Source of the DNA: Clostridia bacterium | GTDB lineage: Bacteria; Bacillota; Clostridia; CAKSNL01; HGM11501 | Length of the DNA: 64,000 nucleotides | NCBI GenBank assembly: GCA_045545475.1 | Contig: JAZQAZ010000044.1 | Coordinates: 19,467 to 83,466 of the forward strand | Direction: 5' to 3' | In this document: positions 39,313 to 49,587 of the stretch, in pieces | Numbering within the stretch: the stretch's first letter is position 1 | Layout: every line of letters starts with the position of its first letter | Position numbers and translations under genes: made by a program | Notes under the pieces: generated by a model | What the model saw: only the letters and a program-made list of their open reading frames with translations | Told to the model about the DNA's origin: nothing | Databases searched by the model: none

Positions 39313-40482
39313 TTATATCTGGCTTTCCATATACGCCTTATAAAAATCTTCTCCGCTATGGTTATAAAGACCTTTATATTCGAAAAATTCCTTTAATTTT
39401 TCTTTTCCCAGCACCGCTCCGGACATTACCTGTGCATAATCCATAGCCGGATGGGAATTGATTTCGCAAAGCTTCAATCCATCTTCTGTTATGATGATAT
39501 CCAAGCCGATATAATCAAGGGACGAAATATGATCACACAAATCTTTTATTTTTTTCTTTACGAATTGCCAGTTGGGAAGGCCTTTACCGTCCCATCCCAT
39601 CCCCGTATCAGGATGTTTATCAAATTTCCAGACTCCGTCTTCGCAAAATCTCTTATATCTTATGCAGAAATCCTTATATTTTCCTGTTTCAAAATCAAAT
39701 CCCACACCTATTCCTCCTGAGGAAAGGTTGCTCGCTCCTCCGTTTATGGATGAACCGAATCTTGCCGTCGATACCGCACAAGACCATGTTGCAGGGGTAA
39801 ATCTGTCCTTTTTCGGATCTTTTGCCATTATAACTCTTAAGGTACATTCGCTATCAGGCCAAACCTCAGCAAGCTCATGATGCTGGCGGGCATATTCTGT
39901 TATAATATAGTTACGCATCGTATCTCTTATTTCAATAACGCGTTCCATATTTATCTCTTTATTGTTTTCAAATATTTTTCCATCTTTAAGTTCAAGCTTG
40001 ATAAAGCCAAGGCCGCCGGATGTTCCTGAATTAGGCTTCATTGCAAGAATCCCTTTATATTTGAGCAGATTTATAAGAACATCTTCATTCTTTTCTATAT
40101 CAATAGGCATATCCATCAGATATGTAAAACTGCCGTCATTTTCAACATACACATAATATTCGGGCATTATATCTTCACAGCCGTTGCTGTTCAGAACATA
40201 CTTAAGAGTAGTTTTATCCAGCCACTTAAGGAAATGGTTGTTCATGGGGTGAAGCATAAAATAATTATAGTCCGGCACATAGTCACGGTAATTATCTTCG
40301 TTCAGTCCGTAAAGAGCAATCCTGCCGGGATAAAAACCTCTCTTAAGAGCCCATTCTTTTTCTTCATCAGATACCGGAAAAGCCTCTTCATCATCTCTTA
40401 GCTTTTTAACGAACATCTTCGCCCATCTGTAATCCATACCGAGCGCTCTTATTTTTTCAAGCAAAACCTCGTAATCTGTCAT
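39313..40482 (-). CDS. sugar-transfer-associated ATP-grasp protein
   Basis: DK, KPNSGTSGG.G, TLRV, N.SSGG, HPDTG, GLDI, EINS.P. Confidence 0.75.
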   Translation of the reverse strand: MTDYEVLLEKIRALGMDYRWAKMFVKKLRDDEEAFPVSDEEKEWALKRGFYPGRIALYGLNEDNYRDYVPDYNYFMLHPMNNHFLKWLDKTTLKYVLNSNGCEDIMPEYYVYVENDGSFTYLMDMPIDIEKNEDVLINLLKYKGILAMKPNSGTSGGLGFIKLELKDGKIFENNKEINMERVIEIRDTMRNYIITEYARQHHELAEVWPDSECTLRVIMAKDPKKDRFTPATWSCAVSTARFGSSINGGASNLSSGGIGVGFDFETGKYKDFCIRYKRFCEDGVWKFDKHPDTGMGWDGKGLPNWQFVKKKIKDLCDHISSLDYIGLDIIITEDGLKLCEINSHPAMDYAQVMSGAVLGKEKLKEFFEYKGLYNHSGEDFYKAYMESQI

Positions 40483-40511
40483 TCAAATTCACACCCTTCA
40501 GCGTTTTTATA

Positions 40512-41741
40512 TTAAAAACAGCTTTTTATAATTTCAATAATTTTATCCTGTTCTTCCTCTGTCATCTTGATATCGGAAGGTAAGCACAAGCCCCTTTCGA
40601 ATATATCCATTCCAACATCTTTGATTCCGCCTTCGATATAGGCATTTGTGGAAGCTCGTCCGTTTCCGTTCTTCGTAATGAATGGGTTCATTCTTAAGAT
40701 CGGCTGAGAATGCATGGGCTTCCAGATGGGACGTCCTTCCGCATTGTACTTTGCTAATGTTTCAAGTATTTCCGTAGGGCAGGTTTTTCCTGCTTCTTTT
40801 ATGTACGCCGCTTCACTGTCGCTTCTTACCTGTTTACACATGGCACCTTCATCAATAATCAGGCAGGAAAGCCAGAAGTTAGGCTCCATAGTTTTCTCAT
40901 CATAGGGATTCATTGATACGGGCAAGCCCTTAAGTCCTTCTTTATATCGCATATAAATTTTCTTCTTTAATGCTATATGCTCATCAAGATACTTAAACTG
41001 CCCTCTCACAACGCCTGCTATAACATTGCTCATACGGTAGTTATAGCCGATTTCCTCATGCTGATACCAGGGAGCATTTTCTCTTGACTGTGTAGACCAC
41101 TTTCTTGCCTTATTTGCCGCACCAAGGTCATCTGTCAGAAGCATACCGCCGGAAGAGCCTGTTATAATCTTGTTTCCGTTAAAGGATATGACATTATACT
41201 CTCCGAATGTTCCGGTCTGTCTGCCTTTGTATTTGGCACCAAGGGATTCTGCAGCGTCTTCTATCAAGACCGCACCGTGTCTATCGCATATTTCTCTTAT
41301 CTCATCAAGCTTGGCCGGTGTTCCGTAAAGATTTGCAACAACGCACACTTTAACCTCAGGATAAAGCTCAAAAGCTTTTTTTAATGCAACAGGGTCCATG
41401 TTCCAGGTATCATACTCAGTATCAACAAATACCGGCACTCCACCCTCATATACAATGGGATTAACCGTTGCCGCAAAGGTAACGTCCGAGCAGAATACCT
41501 TGTCCCCCGCCTTTATGCCTGCAAGTTTCATTGCAAGATGAAGTGCCGCAGTTCCTGCAGATAATCCAACCGCATATTTCGTTCCCACAAACTCTGCACT
41601 TAGTCTTTCAACCTCGTTTATATTCTCACCAACCGTGGACATCCAGTTTGTCTTATATGCTTCTTCCATAAATACAAGCTCCTCGCCGTGCATTGTAGGA
41701 GTTGCAAGCCAAACTTTTTTATCAAAAGGTTTAAGTTCCAT
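40512..41741 (-). CDS. DegT/DnrJ/PglE-type nucleotide-sugar aminotransferase
   Basis: GTAALHLA, EDAAESLG, SFNGNKIIT (PLP lysine), GYNYRMSN, RPIWKPMH. Confidence 0.93.
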   Translation of the reverse strand: MELKPFDKKVWLATPTMHGEELVFMEEAYKTNWMSTVGENINEVERLSAEFVGTKYAVGLSAGTAALHLAMKLAGIKAGDKVFCSDVTFAATVNPIVYEGGVPVFVDTEYDTWNMDPVALKKAFELYPEVKVCVVANLYGTPAKLDEIREICDRHGAVLIEDAAESLGAKYKGRQTGTFGEYNVISFNGNKIITGSSGGMLLTDDLGAANKARKWSTQSRENAPWYQHEEIGYNYRMSNVIAGVVRGQFKYLDEHIALKKKIYMRYKEGLKGLPVSMNPYDEKTMEPNFWLSCLIIDEGAMCKQVRSDSEAAYIKEAGKTCPTEILETLAKYNAEGRPIWKPMHSQPILRMNPFITKNGNGRASTNAYIEGGIKDVGMDIFERGLCLPSDIKMTEEEQDKIIEIIKSCF

Positions 41742-41804
41742 TGTTCCTTCCTCTTTTCGCTATGTATAAATTACAAAATTTATCTACATTATAGGCCATC
41801 ATTT

Positions 41805-41833
41805 ATTGTATCACAAAATCTTTGTTATGTCAA
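41805..41833 (-). promoter_or_regulatory. strong sigma-A promoter for the polysaccharide operon
   Basis: TTGACA-17 bp-TACAAT with an extended TG. Confidence 0.75.
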
Positions 41834-41876
41834 CCTTGCAACGCGACAAAAACCGTTTATTTTCGCACATTTCAGC

Positions 41877-41919
41877 AAAAAAAGAAGAAGAGAAAAACAT
41901 TTTCTCTTCTTCTTTTTTT
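41877..41919 (-). terminator. terminator after csaB
   Basis: 20-bp inverted repeat AAAAAAAGAAGAAGAGAAAA-ACA-TTTTCTCTTCTTCTTTTTTT. Confidence 0.7.
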
Positions 41920-43011
41920 TCACATCAACAAATTTATAGCATAATCTGCATTTTCTTCCGCTTTTTTCCTGAGTATTGCATTGGTTTCCCTAAGTTTACG
42001 GCTACGCTCACTTCTCCCCTTAATCAACAAATCCAGCTTTTCAAGTGCTCCTTCTTCGGCCATAGTTTCCACATTCACGCAGTCAGTCTGTCCGATAGAT
42101 TCCATAAATGCACTTACCTTAGGGGCGTATACCAGAGCCATTGCCGGTATTTCAAGAGTTGTTGCATATATCAGCGAATGCAAACGCATGCCTATTACAA
42201 ACTCCGCCTCAGATAAAACAGAAAACATCTCCGGCACAGACAACTCTCTGTTTATTATATATCCCCGATTTTTCATTTTTTTCATAATTCTTTCCGATAT
42301 TTCAATATCATGAGGATATTGCATAGGCACAAAAAGCGGGTAGATATCATACTTTTCAATCATATAATCGCACATAGAAGCCATTATCTCAGAGAAATTT
42401 GCGGCCGCATTTTTCCACTCACGCACGGACACAACGCAAAGCTTTGTTCCTTCAGGAATTCCTGCCATTTTTTTATAATAATCCCCCGATAATGTAAGGT
42501 CGGTATTCAAAGTAAATGCAGGATCTGCCGTAATTTCTATGAAAGGCTTGGTAACTCCGAGATTTTTAAGTTCAACATCGGACTTATCATCCCTCAAGGT
42601 AATAACATCTGCTTTGTTAAGGATTTTGGATGCAAGTCTCCTGTTCCCTTTTTTTGTTATCGGACCAATTCCATTGGCATAGAGCATAGTCTTAATCCCG
42701 CACTTTTGTGCAAGCTTAATAATTGCCAGATAATATCTTAGAGATTTACTGCTTGTTACATCCTGAAGCAGACTTCCTCCACCGAAAAGCAGCATCTTAG
42801 CTTTCCGCATTTCCTTTACTATTTTGAACAAATTGTAGCGGTTAATAGACTTAACTCCGTATACACGTGCAGTTTCCTCCGGAGTTTTCGAAAGTACAGT
42901 CACGGATATATCGGGCTTTTTCTTGCGCAACGTAGATAAAATAGCAAACAGAAGTGCTTCATCTCCGCTGTTGGCAAACCCGTGATATCCGGATATTATA
43001 ATATCAGACAT
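41920..43011 (-). CDS. csaB: cell-wall polysaccharide pyruvyltransferase CsaB
   Basis: SGYHGFANSGDEA, GGGSLLQDVTSSKSL.YY, GIGP, RD, ADP, GMRLH. Confidence 0.9.
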   Translation of the reverse strand: MSDIIISGYHGFANSGDEALLFAILSTLRKKKPDISVTVLSKTPEETARVYGVKSINRYNLFKIVKEMRKAKMLLFGGGSLLQDVTSSKSLRYYLAIIKLAQKCGIKTMLYANGIGPITKKGNRRLASKILNKADVITLRDDKSDVELKNLGVTKPFIEITADPAFTLNTDLTLSGDYYKKMAGIPEGTKLCVVSVREWKNAAANFSEIMASMCDYMIEKYDIYPLFVPMQYPHDIEISERIMKKMKNRGYIINRELSVPEMFSVLSEAEFVIGMRLHSLIYATTLEIPAMALVYAPKVSAFMESIGQTDCVNVETMAEEGALEKLDLLIKGRSERSRKLRETNAILRKKAEENADYAINLLM

Positions 43012-45089
43012 TATTCATTCTCCGTATTTTTTTCTATACCAAGCATTTCTTTAATCTTGAACTTTTTCATAAAAATTGTTACTATTCTGACTAAAACAAG
43101 GTTAGCTACATATGCGAAGACAGATACGATTGCCCCTAAAAGCAAGCCGTTTACAACACGCATATACATTACCGATGCGTCCGCAAAAACGTGGCAGAAA
43201 GTATTAGTCACAGATGCCGCAAGAATTGACGCTCCGATTGCAAGAACCCATTGAATAAGTTTAATGTCGTGCTTTTTCACATAGTAGAAGAAAAGCACAA
43301 GGCACGGATATCCTATAAGAAATTCTTTTGTTCTGGGACGTGCAGGAAATGCTTCTGTTATTGCATTTCTCATAGCCGTTTCAAGTGAACTTATAGTGTT
43401 TACATTTCCGCTTCTCAAAATATAATAATATCCCACCATAAGTATCGCTCCGGCAATAAGTACCCAATAAACCTTAATCTCTGCAAAAAGAGCTTTCTTT
43501 AAGTCTATTCCCATAAATATATTTTCTTTCTTCATGAACATGAAATAATATACCACTGCCGTGTAAGCAACGGGAAGCATGAGTGTAATTTTGATTCCTC
43601 TGAATATTTCATTATTGATGTAAAAGTCTACTCCGGAAAGAAGAGTACACATTCCCATAACACCTATACAAAGCACTGCCAGCATCAAAGCAACCGTTGC
43701 CAATATACCAAAAATCATATTCATTTTTTCAGCATACTCTTTGACAAACTTCATAACCACCGTCATTGCAAAGCACGAAACCGCAAGACAGAAAACCGTG
43801 GGATAAAGAAGCAATAAACCAAAGGGCATTGCATAAGTCGCAAGAAAAGCAAGTATCGCCACTATGATCGCTGCCACAAGAATGCCGAATTTTTCCTTGT
43901 TGAATACCATGGTGAATGCGATGTAAATCATCAATACTACTGCCGCTGCTGCAAGGCCGTAATTAAAGCGACGGTTAACCTCATAATCATAGGGAACAGT
44001 TTCCTCGTTAACAGTGTAGCCTGCATCCTTGATATCGGCAATAAACATCTTGGTTGCCATGAGAGTTTTATCAGCTCCCTCATCAAATGTGAGAGTTATG
44101 GGGGCCTGCTGTGTAACCGTTATAAATCTTATATTTCTGTCCACAGAAGAATTGAAAAACTGTTGTGCTCTGTATTTATAGCCGGTTTCATCCGCATGGG
44201 AATCATCATACGTCTCATAAGAACGTACAACTTTTTTGCTGCCGTCTTTTCCCATCACTTTATCAAAGATATAATTATATCCGAAAAATTTCTGATTGGA
44301 AAGCTGACTTGCCTCTTCCGTAACAACAAGTGTCATATTGTTTTCATTTATTATGTCGGCAATATCCGTATAATTTCTTTTTATACTTTCAGCATCCGTA
44401 TAGTTCTTATTTGAAGCTTTAAGGTTAAAATATTCAACATCATACTTTTTGACAATGCTATCTATATGCTCAAGATACTTTAGCTTAGAATAGTTTTTAG
44501 GCTTGTACGAAAGAACTATTTCAAATCCCATGTTATGAAGCTCTTCTATAACTTTTTCATCGAAACCTATTGTCATATTCCAAAGTTCTTCCCTACCGTT
44601 GAAAAACGCATATATATCCATATCGCTTACTTCTGCAATACGGACATAATCAAAAGAAGAGTATTTCATAGGAATAAGCTTAGCGAGTTTTTCTTTTGCA
44701 TCCTCTCTCTTAACCATGAGAAGATATGAGTCGTATCCGACTTCAGGATAATTTTCCGAGATTATATCCGCAATAATCATGCTTTCTTCATCATATTTAT
44801 GACGAAGTGTATTAAATTTTATACAGGTGATATCTCCTCGTGAAATAAGTGCATTTACGTCATCTTCCATCACCGTCACTTTATTAACTCCGGCATCGAG
44901 AAATTCAGAAAGCATCACCGAAAGCTTTTTATCAGATACCTTATTTCTCAAGTCATTATAAAGCAATGAAACAGACACGTTTTTATTGTTTTGTTCATTT
45001 TGCACTCTTGTAACAATCGAAGGAACAAAAGACAAAAATATAACCCCGATAATAATCCATGCAAGGAATTTGGTTAAAAACTTTTTCAT
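43011..45089 (-). CDS. DUF5693 family membrane protein
   Basis: Large extracellular domain, then TM region with FRGIK, RSGN, RPRTKEFLIGYP, NTFCH; adjacent to csaB. Confidence 0.8.
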   Translation of the reverse strand: MKKFLTKFLAWIIIGVIFLSFVPSIVTRVQNEQNNKNVSVSLLYNDLRNKVSDKKLSVMLSEFLDAGVNKVTVMEDDVNALISRGDITCIKFNTLRHKYDEESMIIADIISENYPEVGYDSYLLMVKREDAKEKLAKLIPMKYSSFDYVRIAEVSDMDIYAFFNGREELWNMTIGFDEKVIEELHNMGFEIVLSYKPKNYSKLKYLEHIDSIVKKYDVEYFNLKASNKNYTDAESIKRNYTDIADIINENNMTLVVTEEASQLSNQKFFGYNYIFDKVMGKDGSKKVVRSYETYDDSHADETGYKYRAQQFFNSSVDRNIRFITVTQQAPITLTFDEGADKTLMATKMFIADIKDAGYTVNEETVPYDYEVNRRFNYGLAAAAVVLMIYIAFTMVFNKEKFGILVAAIIVAILAFLATYAMPFGLLLLYPTVFCLAVSCFAMTVVMKFVKEYAEKMNMIFGILATVALMLAVLCIGVMGMCTLLSGVDFYINNEIFRGIKITLMLPVAYTAVVYYFMFMKKENIFMGIDLKKALFAEIKVYWVLIAGAILMVGYYYILRSGNVNTISSLETAMRNAITEAFPARPRTKEFLIGYPCLVLFFYYVKKHDIKLIQWVLAIGASILAASVTNTFCHVFADASVMYMRVVNGLLLGAIVSVFAYVANLVLVRIVTIFMKKFKIKEMLGIEKNTENE

Positions 45090-46594
45090 TTTACATCCTC
45101 CCTTTCCCTTTTCATAAGTCTTTTAAGAATACCCGTAAAATAAAGTACCGCAATGTAGGTTATTCCGCACGCCGCAAGCGGAATAAGGAATGTTATATAT
45201 CCGTGAGTAAATTCTTTCAAGAAAGTATTGAATAAAATGTATACCGCAGTTGCACAAATACCGGATATGAAAATTTTCCCTATATCCTCAAGAAGTCCTT
45301 TTTTAAAGTAAGGTCCGACCACCTTTTTTATGCCTATCGCTATAGCTACAGCATATAATGTCAGAAGAACCGAAGTTACCGATGCAGTTAAAGCCGATTT
45401 ATCAAAAGTCCCATATTCATCCATGTTTATACTTCCGATGCCGATATTAAGCAACACATTGGCAATCACTACAACGATTGTACCGATAACCGTATACTTA
45501 TATTTTCCCGCAAGATAAAGTATTTTATTAAAGAGATCCTGAGCCACATAACCAAGGATTCCGAGGCTGTATATGAAAAACATTTTCGAAACTGTAATTG
45601 TCAAATCGTGTGTAAACTTTCCTCCCTCATAAAAGAGTCTTATAACGTCCTCCCCAAAAAAGCCTACCACAAGCAAAAAAGGAAGGAATATTGCAGTCAT
45701 TATCGTTATAATATACTGTACAAGTTCATTTACATACGAAATTTGTCCTTCTTCATAGTTTTTGGAAATAGCAGGAAACACAACAGTCGACATTGCCACA
45801 ACAAATACACTGGAAATGGTTATAAAAAGATCCGATGCATATTTGATTGCCGGCACATCTGCACTTCCTACAAAAGCCCTGTCAATATAAACACAAAGCT
45901 GGAACATCATATTTGATATGAAAATCCAAAGAATTTCGGGATTTTTATCTTTCTTTGCAAGGGACTTATCATTCTTTTCAAGAAAGGAATACCCTTTTTT
46001 ATAAAAAGCAGGAAGCTGTATAACAATGTGTAAAAACCATCCTATTGTTGTAACAAGAGCAACCGCCATAATATCGACATTTTCAAACAAAAGAGTCGAT
46101 ATTATAAGCACATTAAACGGAAGGCTCATAATTGAAGTTATAAAGTAAACCTGTTTATTCTGAAGCAATCCCGACACAATATATGCAACGACAACAAAGA
46201 TGAGGGAAGGTGCCATTAGGTACATCATTTTTACGGCAAGAGCTGTTTCTTCCGGTGATAAATCCGACAATATAACGTTCACTATCGGCTTTGCGAAAAG
46301 TGCAACTCCGGCCGCCGCTAATATAAGCCAAAATATGCTTTTTCTAAGAAATGATGCGGCATATGCCTTTTCTCTGCCTGCATTTTCTGCTTTATTAAGA
46401 TTTTTTATAACCAGTGAAGACAAAGCAACTCCAATTCCGGTAAATATCAAATTAACAAGACCGAATACCTGAGAATATATTGCAGCTTCAACCGCTTCAC
46501 CAAAGGTTCCTGCAAAAATAATATCCCTGAAAAATCCAAGACCTTTTGCGAGTATAATTCCTACAACAACCAATATGTAAGACTTGCCCAGCAC
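45086..46594 (-). CDS. murJ: MurJ/MviN-type flippase
   Basis: K.LGF.RD, FP.IS, F.GGKFT motifs and about 14 TM helices; substrate may be a secondary wall polymer rather than lipid II. Confidence 0.75.
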   Translation of the reverse strand: MLGKSYILVVVGIILAKGLGFFRDIIFAGTFGEAVEAAIYSQVFGLVNLIFTGIGVALSSLVIKNLNKAENAGREKAYAASFLRKSIFWLILAAAGVALFAKPIVNVILSDLSPEETALAVKMMYLMAPSLIFVVVAYIVSGLLQNKQVYFITSIMSLPFNVLIISTLLFENVDIMAVALVTTIGWFLHIVIQLPAFYKKGYSFLEKNDKSLAKKDKNPEILWIFISNMMFQLCVYIDRAFVGSADVPAIKYASDLFITISSVFVVAMSTVVFPAISKNYEEGQISYVNELVQYIITIMTAIFLPFLLVVGFFGEDVIRLFYEGGKFTHDLTITVSKMFFIYSLGILGYVAQDLFNKILYLAGKYKYTVIGTIVVVIANVLLNIGIGSINMDEYGTFDKSALTASVTSVLLTLYAVAIAIGIKKVVGPYFKKGLLEDIGKIFISGICATAVYILFNTFLKEFTHGYITFLIPLAACGITYIAVLYFTGILKRLMKREREDVK

Positions 46595-46637
46595 GTCATC
46601 TCCGTCCTTTCTTATGTAGACAAATTTTATCTATTAT

Positions 46638-46715
46638 ATTTTATACCATAACCTGTTAATAGTCAATGATTTCCTTAATTTTTTTATTGCAAAACAAGAG
46701 TATTTATATTAAAAT
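46638..46715. promoter_or_regulatory. divergent sigma-A promoters
   Basis: Minus strand TTGACT-17-TAAAAT (46666-46638); plus strand TTGCAA-17-TAAAAT (46687-46715). Confidence 0.6.
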
Positions 46716-46747
46716 GTATTATAAGAAATTACGAAAGGATAAGTCAG

Positions 46748-49435
46748 ATGAAAAAGCTCTCCGCACTTTTGTTTGCAATCTCAATTTTATTTTGTCACAT
46801 TTCGGCAAGCGAAATATATTCATATGAAGAAGTAATCCCCATTTCAACCGGCATCACCCTGACTAAAGCCGAAGTCTTTTATTCGGACCACAACATAAGT
46901 TACTCATATATAACGGCCGATCTTTCAAACAAAAACGTCGGCCTCACTCTATTAAAATCGGAAAATGGAGCAGACAAAGCCGAAACCAACGCAGTTCTTG
47001 CCTTGTCGGAGGAAGATGTTGTAGCATCGCTTAATGCCGACTTTTTCTCACATGTCGGAAGCAAAACAAATTCCCTGGGCATTGAAATCAAAAACGGTGA
47101 AATGCTTCAGTCCCCCATCAATCCGCAAACCATGGCCACAGTTTCTCTGACGGATGATGAAATTTTAATGGGATACCTTGACTTCCATATAATGGTTGTT
47201 GCACCCAACTGGGAATATAAAGAGATACGCCACTTAAACAAACACACATCATACTACGGTGACATTTTGATGTTTACAAGCGAATTTAACGGCGGCTACT
47301 CCCCTGCTCCCGGCGGAGAGGTCCTGGAGGTAGTGGTTGAAGACGGAAAAGTAAAAGAATTCCGCCGAAATGAACCGCCATGCCTTATCCCTGAAAACGG
47401 GTGCGTTTTAGCCGTTTCAGAAGGAAGCAGCATGTTTTTTTCAAACAATTTTGAAATAGGAGACGAAATAAAGTTCGACTATTATATAACCCCGGACATA
47501 AAGGATTCAGACCTCGCTTTCGGTGGCGGTGCCGTGCTGGTTTCAGAAGGCGTCCCCCTAAAAACCTTTTCTCATAATGTCACGGGGTATAATCCCCGCA
47601 GTGCCATAGGAATATCCAAGGACGGCAAAACGCTCTATCTTGTGGCTGTAAACGGAAGACAGGAAGAGAGCCGTGGCATGAGCATGACAGAACTGGCTTC
47701 TTTAATGGCCGAGCTTGGCTGTGACAGTGCCGTTAATTTAGACGGCGGAGGCTCCACTTCCATGCTTGCTTCCACCATATGGAACGAAAAAATTCACACC
47801 GTAAACTCTCCCACCGAAACAAGACGTATAATAAATGCAATCGGACTTACCTATAAGGATGCAGACAAGGACTCTTCTCCGTATAAAATTGCTTTGGAAA
47901 GCGAAAAAGACACCGTGTTTATCGGAGACAGCGTGAAAATTCTTTCTGCAGTATATGACAAAAATCTGCGTTCGGTTGAAGGAGAAATCACATGGTCTTC
48001 CACATCAGGAGCCGTAGATGACGGCATTTTCACCGCCGAAAAAGGCGGACCAGTCACGATAAGTGCCAAAAGCGGTAAAGCGACAGGAAAAGTCGAAATT
48101 TTTGTAGTCGATGAAATTTCCGGAATTAATACCAGTGACAAGATAAAACTTTCTCTTGGGCAAAGCAAAACCTTATCCATTGAAGTATTCGATAACGCAG
48201 GGCATTATACCGAAGCAGGAAACACCTCACCTTTCACATTCACTTCGGATAACCCCGACATTATTTCGGTAACTGACGGAAAAATTACCGCACACAAAAA
48301 CGGAAGAGCAATAATCACCGTAAAGAAAGACAAGGCAGAAGCTTATGTTTCTGTAATATCAGGTTCCGACAGCGAAAAAACCGTCTATGATTTTGAAGAA
48401 GATGAAGGCACCCTTATAACCTATCCTTCCTACGTGGGAGGCGACTACGGCTTGTCTGAAGACTACGTTCTTTCAGGGAAAAAAGCCGGGGCATTAAGCT
48501 TTGACTTCACGGCCGACACCGAGGATTCCAAAGCTGTATATCTTGCCTTTAGCGATCCATTTACTCTGTCAGAACACTCCGGAAATTTTTCCGTTTCAGT
48601 GTATAGCGAAACCCATTTTTCTCATGAATTAAGAGCATTACTGGAAGACGCTTCAGGAAAAGAAGTAAGAATTATACTCGGAGAAAATCTCGATGGAGGC
48701 TCATGGCATACTTTAACAGGAGAAATACCGAAAGACGCTTTATTCCCTCTTAATCTGAAACGTATTTATGCCCTTTATCAGCCGGAAGAGGAAAAGGACT
48801 TCGGAACCTTATATTTCGACGACCTTACATTTTCCAAAGACATTCCTCTCACATATCCTTACAACGCCTTAAATATATATAACGATTCTGCAGAAAAAGA
48901 AAGCGAAGGTCATAGAATAAAAATAGGTGCTCTTGCATGCACAGGCGAAAACCTAATCACCAGATTTACAGATATCGAGATGACAAAAGCGGTGAACAAC
49001 TCTGATTACGGAATATTGCTTGGTAAAAGCGAATCTTTTTCGGCAAAAGAAGATAACGATGCACTTTTCATAACAATTGCCACAAACAAAGGCGGCATAA
49101 GAAAAACATCGTCATCAGCGTGGGCCTCGCTTAAAAAGGCCATCGAGGAAAGTGACAAAGAATTTGTTTTCATAACAAGTGCCAACCCGATTTTCGGAAG
49201 CGATGAATTTGAAAACAAGGTGCTTAAAGATTACCTTGCTTCAACCGATAAAACCGTCACCGTCATAAGCAAAGGAAACTGCTATTCTCTTTCCATAATT
49301 AACGGTGTAAGATATTTCACCATAGCTTCATTGGATAATGACATTGACCTTTCTTCAAAGGTGGATAAAATAAGTTATCTTGAATTCTTTATAGGAGACT
49401 CTCTTTCCTATATGTGGCGACCGCTCATAAATTAG
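46748..49435 (+). CDS. secreted phosphodiester glycosidase (NAGPA/DUF2233) with Ig-like and CBM-like domains
   Basis: Signal peptide; NADFF, PRSAIG, V.GR...S.G, NLDGGGST; Big_2-like SDNPDIISV segment. Confidence 0.8.
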   Translation: MKKLSALLFAISILFCHISASEIYSYEEVIPISTGITLTKAEVFYSDHNISYSYITADLSNKNVGLTLLKSENGADKAETNAVLALSEEDVVASLNADFFSHVGSKTNSLGIEIKNGEMLQSPINPQTMATVSLTDDEILMGYLDFHIMVVAPNWEYKEIRHLNKHTSYYGDILMFTSEFNGGYSPAPGGEVLEVVVEDGKVKEFRRNEPPCLIPENGCVLAVSEGSSMFFSNNFEIGDEIKFDYYITPDIKDSDLAFGGGAVLVSEGVPLKTFSHNVTGYNPRSAIGISKDGKTLYLVAVNGRQEESRGMSMTELASLMAELGCDSAVNLDGGGSTSMLASTIWNEKIHTVNSPTETRRIINAIGLTYKDADKDSSPYKIALESEKDTVFIGDSVKILSAVYDKNLRSVEGEITWSSTSGAVDDGIFTAEKGGPVTISAKSGKATGKVEIFVVDEISGINTSDKIKLSLGQSKTLSIEVFDNAGHYTEAGNTSPFTFTSDNPDIISVTDGKITAHKNGRAIITVKKDKAEAYVSVISGSDSEKTVYDFEEDEGTLITYPSYVGGDYGLSEDYVLSGKKAGALSFDFTADTEDSKAVYLAFSDPFTLSEHSGNFSVSVYSETHFSHELRALLEDASGKEVRIILGENLDGGSWHTLTGEIPKDALFPLNLKRIYALYQPEEEKDFGTLYFDDLTFSKDIPLTYPYNALNIYNDSAEKESEGHRIKIGALACTGENLITRFTDIEMTKAVNNSDYGILLGKSESFSAKEDNDALFITIATNKGGIRKTSSSAWASLKKAIEESDKEFVFITSANPIFGSDEFENKVLKDYLASTDKTVTVISKGNCYSLSIINGVRYFTIASLDNDIDLSSKVDKISYLEFFIGDSLSYMWRPLIN

Positions 49436-49556
49436 AGCAAAGGAGATGCAAAAATTCCCAGACCGCAAAAAGGCGAAAAAATTAATGAATTGGTCAAATT
49501 TACAGACTTTCTCAATTAAGTTTGTCCGTTCTGAAACATTTTTCCTATCTCCATAA

Positions 49557-49587
49557 AACGGGGCTGTAAAATAATTACAGCCCCGTT
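49557..49587. terminator. terminator between convergent genes
   Basis: AACGGGGCTGTAA-AATAA-TTACAGCCCCGTT. Confidence 0.75.

Noticed and set aside
42110-42135. CsaB reads YAPKV where YDPKV is usual (similarly SAPYLD in the hydrolase)
   Set aside because: Single substitutions in otherwise intact ORFs; cannot be told apart from strain variation or read error, so not called pseudogenes.
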